Part shown: positions 55,619-64,000 of the stretch, piece after piece
Position numbering within the stretch: position 1 is the stretch's first letter
Layout: each line of letters starts with the position of its first letter
Origin: Rhodanobacteraceae bacterium
Lineage (GTDB): Bacteria; Pseudomonadota; Gammaproteobacteria; Xanthomonadales; SZUA-5
Length of the DNA stretch: 64,000 nt
Reading direction: 5' to 3'
Assembly: GCA_016717705.1 (NCBI GenBank)
Contig: JADKFD010000036.1
Span: 129-64,128 of the forward strand
Program-made: the position numbers and the translations under genes
The notes under the pieces: generated by a model
Seen by the model: the letters and a program-made list of their open reading frames with translations, nothing else
Database searches by the model: none
What the model was told of the DNA's origin: nothing

Positions 55619-58476
55619 GTGTGTGCTGACCTGAACGAGTTGTACCAGTCCTCGCAACTGTCCGGCGCCAATGCCGCGTTCGTGGAGGAGTTGTACGAAG
55701 CCTGGCTGGCCGATCCGAAGGCCGTTCCCGACCATTGGAACGACTATTTCGAGACGCTGCAGACCGAGGGCACGCCGGATGTGGCGCATGGCCCGATCAT
55801 GGATCGCATCGCCGAGATTTCGCGCATCCACGGCCGCTGGGCCACCGCGATCGTCGCCGATGCCGCGCACTCGGTGGACCAGCACAAGCAAGGCGCGATG
55901 CTGCGGCTGATCAACTCCTATCGCGTGCGCGGTCACCTGGCCGCCAGACTCGATCCACTGGGCATGACGCCGCCGGAGTTGGTGCCCGATCTGTCGCTGG
56001 AGTTCCACGATGTCGGCCCCGCCGACCTCGACACCGAATTCGACGCCGGCTCACTGATCGGCAAGCGTCGCAAGAAGCTGCGTGAAGCGGTGACCCAACT
56101 CGAAGGCGCCTATTGCGGCTCGATCGGCGTCGAGTACATGCACATCAGCGACTACCCGCAGCGCCGCTGGATGCAGCAGCGCTTCGAGGAGACCGCCGGC
56201 AACTACGGATTCAGTCCCGCGCAGAAGCAGCGCGTGCTCGATCGCCTGACCGCGGCCGAGGGTCTGGAGCGCTATCTGCACACCAAGTATGTCGGCCAGA
56301 AGCGCTTTTCGCTGGAGGGCGGCGACAGCTTGATCCCGCTGATCGACGAGATGATCCAGCGCGCCGGCACCGGTGGCGCCAAGGACGTGGTCATCGGCAT
56401 GGCCCATCGCGGCCGCCTCAACGTGCTGGTCAACATCCTCGGCAAGCCGCCGCGCAATCTGTTCGACGCCTTCGAGGGCAAGTACGACGAGCACCCCGAT
56501 CCGGCGCACTCCGGGGACGTCAAGTACCACCTCGGCTTTTCGTCCGACGTGACCACGCCGGGCGGCACGGTGCATCTGGCGCTGGGCTTCAACCCCTCGC
56601 ATCTGGAGATCATCGATCCGGTGGTGGTCGGTTCGGTGCGCGCGCGGCAGACGCGCCGCAGAACGGCGATCGCACCCAGGTGGTGCCGATCCTGATCCAC
56701 GGCGACGCCGCGTTCTCCGGGCAAGGCGTGGTGATGGAACTGTTCCAGATGTCGCAGGCGCGTCACTACTCGGTCGGCGGCACCATCCACGTCGTGGTCA
56801 ACAACCAGGTCGGCTTCACCACCAGCAATCCTGACGACACGCGTTCGACGCATTACTGCACGGATGTCGCCAAGATCGTTTCGGCGCCGGTGCTGCACGT
56901 CAATGGCGATGATCCGGAAGCGGTGCTGTTCTGCGCGCAGGTCGCGCTGGACTACCGCCAGACCTTCAAGCGCGACGTGGTCATCGATCTGGTCTGCTAC
57001 CGCCGCCACGGCCACAACGAGGCCGATGAGCCGGCAGCCACGCAGCCGTTGATGTACCAGAACATCCGCGCCCGGCCGTCAACGCGTGAGTTGTATGCGC
57101 GCAAGCTCGAAGCCGAGGGCGTGCTGCCCGCGGGCGAAGCCAAGGCGATGACCGACCGCTATCGCGCGGCGCTGGAACAGGGCGACCCGGTGGTGGCGGA
57201 GCTGACCACGGTGGATCCGTCGGAAGCCGGCGTGGCGGTCGACTGGTCTCCGTATCTGCGCGGCAAGCTGGCCGATCGCGTCGCCACTGGCGTGCCCGCG
57301 GCGCGTATCCAGGCGTTGGCGACACAGATCAACACGCTGCCCGCCGAGCTCAAGCTGCACTCGCGCGTGGCCAAGGTCTACGAAGACCGCCTGAAGATGG
57401 CAACCGGCGAGTTGCGCATGGACTGGGGCTTCGCCGAAACCATGGCCTACGCCACGCTGCTGGAGGACGGCTACAACCTGCGCCTGTCCGGCCAGGATTG
57501 CGGCCGCGGCACCTTCTTCCATCGCCACGCCGTGCTGCACGACCAGAACAATGGCAGCACCCACCTGCCCTTGCGCAATCTGGTCGACTCCCCCGAGCGC
57601 GTCACCATCATCGACTCGCTGCTGTCGGAAGAGGCGGTGATGGGCTTCGAGTACGGCTACGCCAGCGCCGAGCCGAACACGCTGATCATCTGGGAAGCGC
57701 AGTTCGGTGACTTCGTCAACGGCGCCCAGGTGGTGATCGACCAGTTCATCAGCTCCGGCGAGGCCAAATGGGGACGCCTCTGCGGCCTGGTGCTGTTCCT
57801 GCCGCACGGCTATGAAGGCCAGGGTCCGGAGCATTCATCGGCGCGCCTGGAGCGCTTCCTGCAGCTGTGCGCGCTCGACAACATGCAGGTGTGCGTGCCG
57901 ACCACGCCGGCGCAGATGTTCCACATGCTGCGCCGGCAGATGCTGCGCGGCACGCGCAAGCCGCTGATCGTGATGACACCGAAAAGCATGCTGCGTCATC
58001 GCTTGTCGACCTCGACACTGGCCGATCTGGAGCACGGCGAATATCAGCGCGTGATCCCGGATTCACTGGCAAAAGACGCCAACGCGGTCACCCGCGTCGT
58101 GCTGTGCAGCGGCAAGGTCTATTACGACCTGGTCGAGGAATACGAAAAGCGCCACATCAGCGATGTCGCCGTGGTGCGCGTCGAGCAGTTGTATCCCTTC
58201 CCGCGCGTCGATCTGTACGCCGAAATCGTGCGTTTTCCGAATGTGCGCACGGTGGTCTGGTGCCAGGAAGAGCCGATGAACCAGGGTGCCTGGTTCCAGA
58301 TCCGGCATCATCTGAAGGCGTCGATTTCCGAACGCCACGAGCTCCACTACGCCGGACGTCATCGCTCGCCGGCGCCGGCGACCGGAAATTCCAACACGCA
58401 TACCCGGGAACAGGCGGCGCTGGTCAACGAGGCGCTGTCGGTTGCTGACCTGGGCAGTTTGCCCAAACCCGAATAA
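55619..58476 (+). CDS. sucA: 2-oxoglutarate dehydrogenase E1 component; frameshift near 56646-56665
   Basis: ORFs 55619..56695 and 56113..58476 join at ...VVGSVRARQ / ..QNGDRTQVVPILIHGDAAFSGQGVV. N-terminus SSQLSGANAAFVEELYEAWL. GTG start is uncertain. Confidence 0.9.
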
Positions 58477-58537
58477 GAGTTCGTGGCCGTCCCCGGGACG
58501 GCCATGGGACATCCTCACCCGTTTTTTAGGATCCGCC

Positions 58538-59766
58538 ATGACCGTCGAAGTCAAAGTTCCCATCCTCCCCGAGTCGGTTGCCGACGCCATCATCGCCACC
58601 TGGCACAAGAAGCCCGGTGATGCGGTCAAGCGCGAGGAGAATCTGGTCGACCTGGAAACCGACAAGGTCGTGCTCGAAGTGCCCTCGCCGGTCGACGGCG
58701 TGCTGATGTCGATCGTCAAGCAGACCGGCGACAACGTCACCAGCCAGGAGCTGATTGCGACGATTCAGGAAGGCGCGGCCGTTGCCGCTGCCCCCGTCGC
58801 TGCAGCAGCCGCTTCGCCGGGTCCCGGGTCCCGGGCCCCGGGTCCCGATGCTTCTGATCAAGCGCCGTCCGTGCGTCGCATCGCCGCCGAAACCGGCATC
58901 GATCCGGCCAGCGTCGCCGGCACCGGCCGTGGCGATCGGGTGACCAAGGAAGACATGCTGAAGGCGCAGAGCGCGCCGCGCCGGTTGCAGCACCCGCCGC
59001 TGCGCCGAGCAAAGCGGTGGCGACGACTCCCGCGCCGAGCACCGCCATCAGCGTGCCGGCCGGCGCCCGTACCGAGCAACGCGTGCCGATGACGCGCCTG
59101 CGTGCGCGCATTGCTGAACGCATGATGCAGAGCAAGAACTCGATCGCCATGCTGACCTCGTTCAACGAGATCAACATGAAGCCGGTCATGGACATCCGCA
59201 AGAAGTACGCGGAGACCTTCGAGAAGGTGCACGGCATCAAGCTCGGCTTCATGAGCTTCTTCGTCAAGGCCTGCACCGAGGCGCTCAAGCTGCATCCGAT
59301 CGTCAACGCCAGCGTCGACGGCAATGACGTGATCTATCACGCCTACCAGGACATCGGCGTCGCCGTGGCCACCGAAAAAGGCCTGGTGGTGCCGATCCTG
59401 CGCAACACCGACACCATGAGCCTGGCCGACGTCGAGAAAGGCATCGGCGGCTTCGCCAGGCAGGCGCGCGAAGGCGGCCTGCAGCTCGAAGACCTGCAGG
59501 GCGGCACCTTCACCATCACCAACGGCGGCACCTTCGGCTCGCTGTTCTCCACGCCGATCGTCAATCCGCCGCAGAGCGCGATCCTCGGCATGCACGCGAT
59601 CAAGGAACGCGCCGTCGTCGAAGACGGCCAGGTCGTCGCCCGCCCGATGATGTACGTGGCGATCAGCTACGACCACCGCATCATCGACGGCAAGGACGCG
59701 GTGCTGTTCCTGGTCGCGGTGAAGAATTTCCTCGAGGATCCGGTGCGGTTGATGTTGCATCTTTGA
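58538..59766 (+). CDS. sucB: dihydrolipoyllysine-residue succinyltransferase (E2o); frameshift near 58975-58985
   Basis: Lipoyl domain [16 protein letters not shown]3-binding segment [30 protein letters not shown]. Catalytic segment [14 protein letters not shown]. The two ORFs (58442..59092 and 59017..59766) join in the Ala/Pro linker. Confidence 0.9.
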
Positions 59767-59787
59767 TCGGGCATTGCCCGATCAAAG
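59761..59787 (+). terminator. perfect 13-bp hairpin spanning the sucB stop codon
   Basis: CTTTGATCGGGCA-T-TGCCCGATCAAAG. The TGA stop at 59764-59766 lies within the stem. Confidence 0.55.
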
Positions 59788-61468
<1,681 letters not shown>

Positions 61469-61477
61469 CGGAAGAGC

Positions 61478-61715
61478 GGTAAGTGGTGAGTGGTAAGTGG
61501 CGGTCGCGTCACCGTCGCTCCCCGCGGGGGGGGCTCACCCGGGAATTGCTTCCTGTGGGAGCGGGTTTATCCCGCGATCTTTGCCTTGCTTCCTGTGGGA
61601 GCGGGTTTATCCCGCGATGCTGCCAACGGCATCGCGCGCAAGCGCGCTCCTACAACTTCGACGAGAATCCACGCAGGATTTGTAGGAGCGCGCTCGCGCG
61701 CGATGCCTTTGCCCC
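61478..61715. repeat. orphan GTGAGTGG-type arm (61478-61500) followed by a REP cluster
   Basis: GGTAAGTGGTGAGTGGTAAGTGG resembles the arms of the 59788 element. It is followed by two direct GTGGGAGCGGGTTTATCCCGCGAT units and an inverted pair of GTAGGAGCGCGCT(T/C)GCGCGCGAT units. Confidence 0.8.
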
Positions 61716-61729
61716 ACGGTGAACTACCC

Positions 61730-62541
61730 ATGATGAAACTGCCATCCATCCTGGCAGGCGCGGTTTTCGGACTGCTGCTCGGCGGCATCCAGGCGGCACA
61801 ACAACTCGCCGACACCGGCATGGTGGGCCGGAGCATGAGCATCGGCCTGATCTGGATGGTGTGCGCCGGCCCGCTGTTCGCGTTGGCAGCCTATTTGTTC
61901 GTGAATTCGCGGTACGTTCGCAAGCAGATATGCCTCGACGATGCCGATCTGCTGGCCGGCGAACAGATCCTGCATTCGGCCCTGGCCAATCTGGTAGTGA
62001 GACCCAAGGATTTCGGGCTCGGCAAATTCGCATTCGGCGACTTGCTCTGGCTTGCCGGCATGCAGGACAAGGAAGCCATCGGCGGCGGCTTGCACCTGAC
62101 CACCCATCGACTGGTGTTCAAGAGTCACCGCTTGAACCGTCTTCGCGGCAGCGTCAGCATCTTTCTGCCCACTATCGTGGACTTGCGCAACAGCTCGTTA
62201 CTGCTGCTGCGCCGACTCACCGTGACCACCGGTTTTGCCCGCATCGATCTGATCACGCCCCAGGTCGACCAACTGATCGCGCGCATCGAGCAGGCGCGCA
62301 GCGCAACAGTTCCATCGACTGCAGCGATGCAGGACTTCTTGCACGGCGGCCTGCCGCTGGCCTCGATGGCCTGCAGCCGTTCCGCGCGGTCGAGCGGATC
62401 AATCAGGCGATCAATCTGGCCAGCCACGGACAAGGGGTGCTGGAGCTGGCGGGCAAGCCCCTGGTGGCGCTGTCCTCGATCTTCATGAAGGAACTGTTCG
62501 ACCGTTCGGTCGCGGACCCATGGCAGAAGCTGATGGAATGA
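61730..62541 (+). CDS. hypothetical membrane protein (2 TM plus PH/GRAM-like soluble part); frameshift near 62355-62365
   Basis: ATG 61730. ORF 61490..62488 turns nonsense-like after ...AMQDFLHGGLP. ORF 61861..62541 then reads AAGLDGLQPFRAVERINQAINLASHGQGVLELAGKPLVALSSIFMKELF.... Confidence 0.55.
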
Positions 62542-62610
62542 GCGGCAATCGATGGGGGGACGGTGCACCCATTGCCGGAAAAGGGAACTCGCAATGACAT
62601 CTGGTCTGGC

Positions 62611-62985
62611 TCACCAGAACCCTGCATCCTCCCGCTCACCCACAACGCGCACACAGTACTCGGCGATCTTGCGCACCAGATCCTCGGGCACCGGCTGATC
62701 GTAGGGAATCTTCAGGAAATTCGCCGTTGTACTGTGGCCTGCCAGTTCCTTGCGGAACGCCTCCAGCGCCGACGCCATCGGCGCAAAGCTGAGATGCGCC
62801 TTGTGCGCGGAAAAGGCGAACACGAATCGCGGCTCGACGAAAAATGGCGTTCCCCACTTGATCGCCTCCTGCGCGTCCGGCGCGACGCTCTTCAGAATCG
62901 CGTAGATCAGTCGGCAATGCGGCTGGCCTGCGCTGGGCGCAGCCTGGATGTACTCGGCGATCGTGGTCGGACGCTTGCCTGCCAT
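62611..62985 (-). CDS. DUF1801 (YdhG-like) domain protein
   Basis: ORF trimmed to ATG 62985. 124 aa. TIAEYIQAAP...AIKWGTPFF...AHKAHLSF. Confidence 0.7.
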   Translation of the reverse strand: MAGKRPTTIAEYIQAAPSAGQPHCRLIYAILKSVAPDAQEAIKWGTPFFVEPRFVFAFSAHKAHLSFAPMASALEAFRKELAGHSTTANFLKIPYDQPVPEDLVRKIAEYCVRVVGEREDAGFW

Positions 62986-63078
62986 CGCTCTCTTCCTCCG
63001 CGCTGAATCGGCCGAGTTTCTCCGGATAGCCTGCGCGACTATGCTCCCGTGCACGCATCTTTTCCGGAGGATGAGACC

Positions 63079-63498
63079 ATGCGCGAGTCGGAAGCAAGCC
63101 CGGACCCATCCGCGTCGGAGCTCATTTCCCGGCGCATCGCCGAACTGGGCGATTGGCGCGGTGAAACCCTGGCACGCATGCGCCTGCTGATCCGGGAAGC
63201 CGACCCGGACGTCGTCGAGGAATGGAAATGGATGGGCACGCCGGTCTGGTCGCACGACGGCATTCTCTGCACCGGCGAGTCGTACAAGAAGATCGTCAAG
63301 CTCACCTTCGCCAAGGGCGCGTCGCTGGATGATCCGAGCGGCCTGTTCAACTCGAGTCTAGCCGGCAACACGCGTCGGGCGATCGACATCCACGAAAACG
63401 ACGCCATTGATGAGTCCGCCTTCAAGGCATTGCTTCGTCGGGCGATCGAGCACAACCGTTCAGGCAAGTCCAAGGCATCGAAGAAGTCAAAATCCTGA
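63079..63498 (+). CDS. DUF1801 domain protein with Lys/Ser-rich tail
   Basis: ATG 63079 (GGAGG upstream). EEWKWMGTPVWSHDG...VKLTFAKGASL. It is divergent from the other DUF1801 gene. Confidence 0.65.
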   Translation: MRESEASPDPSASELISRRIAELGDWRGETLARMRLLIREADPDVVEEWKWMGTPVWSHDGILCTGESYKKIVKLTFAKGASLDDPSGLFNSSLAGNTRRAIDIHENDAIDESAFKALLRRAIEHNRSGKSKASKKSKS

Positions 63499-63712
63499 GG
63501 GCGCGCCTGGCAATGCGATGGCGATTCCGGGATCGGCAGTTTCGCGCGCACGTCTGCCGATTCGGCGGGTGTCGCCCCACTCGCCGCTGATCCTGTCCAG
63601 AACGCGGCAACAGCGCCGATTTGCCATTCATCCTGTTTCGCCACGCTCGAACGCCGCGACGCACCTAGCCTGAGCTTCGTTCCCACAACGGAGTGATCAG
63701 GTGAACCATTCA

Positions 63713-64000
63713 ATGCTGAAGACTTTGCGCGTCCTGGCGGTACTGGGCGTTCTCATGCAACCGCTGCTGGCCGCAGCCGACACGTCGATCGAAGCGCAAC
63801 TGGAACTGCGCGCGGCGCAGTTCTTCAAGCCTGGCGAGCCCGGCGGCGTGGTGCTGGTCAAGCGCGGCGATGAGATCCTGTTGCGCCAGGCCTACGGGCT
63901 GGCGGATCTGGAAAATCAGTTGCCGATGCGCGCGGATGGCGTGTTTCCGCTGGCCTCGGCCACCAAGCAGTTCACGTCGATGGCGGTCCTCAAACTGGTC
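63713..64000 (+). CDS. serine hydrolase / beta-lactamase-family protein, N-terminal part (runs off the window end)
   Basis: Not in the ORF track because it is open-ended. My translation is MLKTLRVLAVLGVLMQPLLAAADTS...GGVVLVKRGDEILLRQAYGLADLEN...FPLASATKQFTSMAVLKLV (S-x-x-K). Confidence 0.75.
   Translation, partial: MLKTLRVLAVLGVLMQPLLAAADTSIEAQLELRAAQFFKPGEPGGVVLVKRGDEILLRQAYGLADLENQLPMRADGVFPLASATKQFTSMAVLKLV

Overview
High-GC proteobacterial chromosomal window; lineage is not determinable from this window. REP units such as GTGGGAGCGGGTTTATCCCGCGAT and the gene content suggest a gamma-proteobacterium. I support about 55 protein-coding genes and recognise no rRNA, tRNA, CRISPR array, transposase or integrase. 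Layout: (i) 1-12.1 kb is a minus-strand island of very large secreted repeat proteins (Cys-clamped propeller, 7+7 YVTN propellers, double beta-helix protein). It also carries an ECF sigma factor / Ser-Thr kinase pair, a vapBC module and a ~135-nt structured repeat. (ii) 12.4-35 kb holds housekeeping and signalling genes: rlmF, REC-REC-EAL, MscS, beta-lactamase-like hydrolase, GT4, cytochrome c peroxidase, CBS, hybrid kinase/REC-PAS/Crp operon, second vapBC, murB, pyrD, GNAT, ispG. (iii) 35-51.6 kb is the most interesting part. It encodes a cNMP-binding flavo-FeS oxidoreductase, a putative di-haem-b membrane protein and an FHA-like/decahaem cytochrome. These are followed by a tandem-GlcG lipoprotein, an outer-membrane barrel and a ~1290-aa decahaem/LVIVD-propeller protein. 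I read this as a candidate cytoplasm-to-cell-surface electron conduit that I do not recognise as characterised. (iv) 52-64 kb holds DUF423, a large secreted protein, sucA-sucB-lpdA and DUF1801 genes. Non-genic oddities: a 116-nt pure purine tract; a (GGTGTT)n microsatellite inside an RRM-protein gene; inverted repeats whose arms are short tandem oligomers; REP clusters; and a C-terminal [VIL]F-x-[NQD]-G-[FL]-E motif on five secreted proteins. Caveat: about ten genes, including sucA and sucB, are split by single-base frame changes, often at short homopolymers. I therefore treat these as probable sequence errors and annotate whole genes across them.
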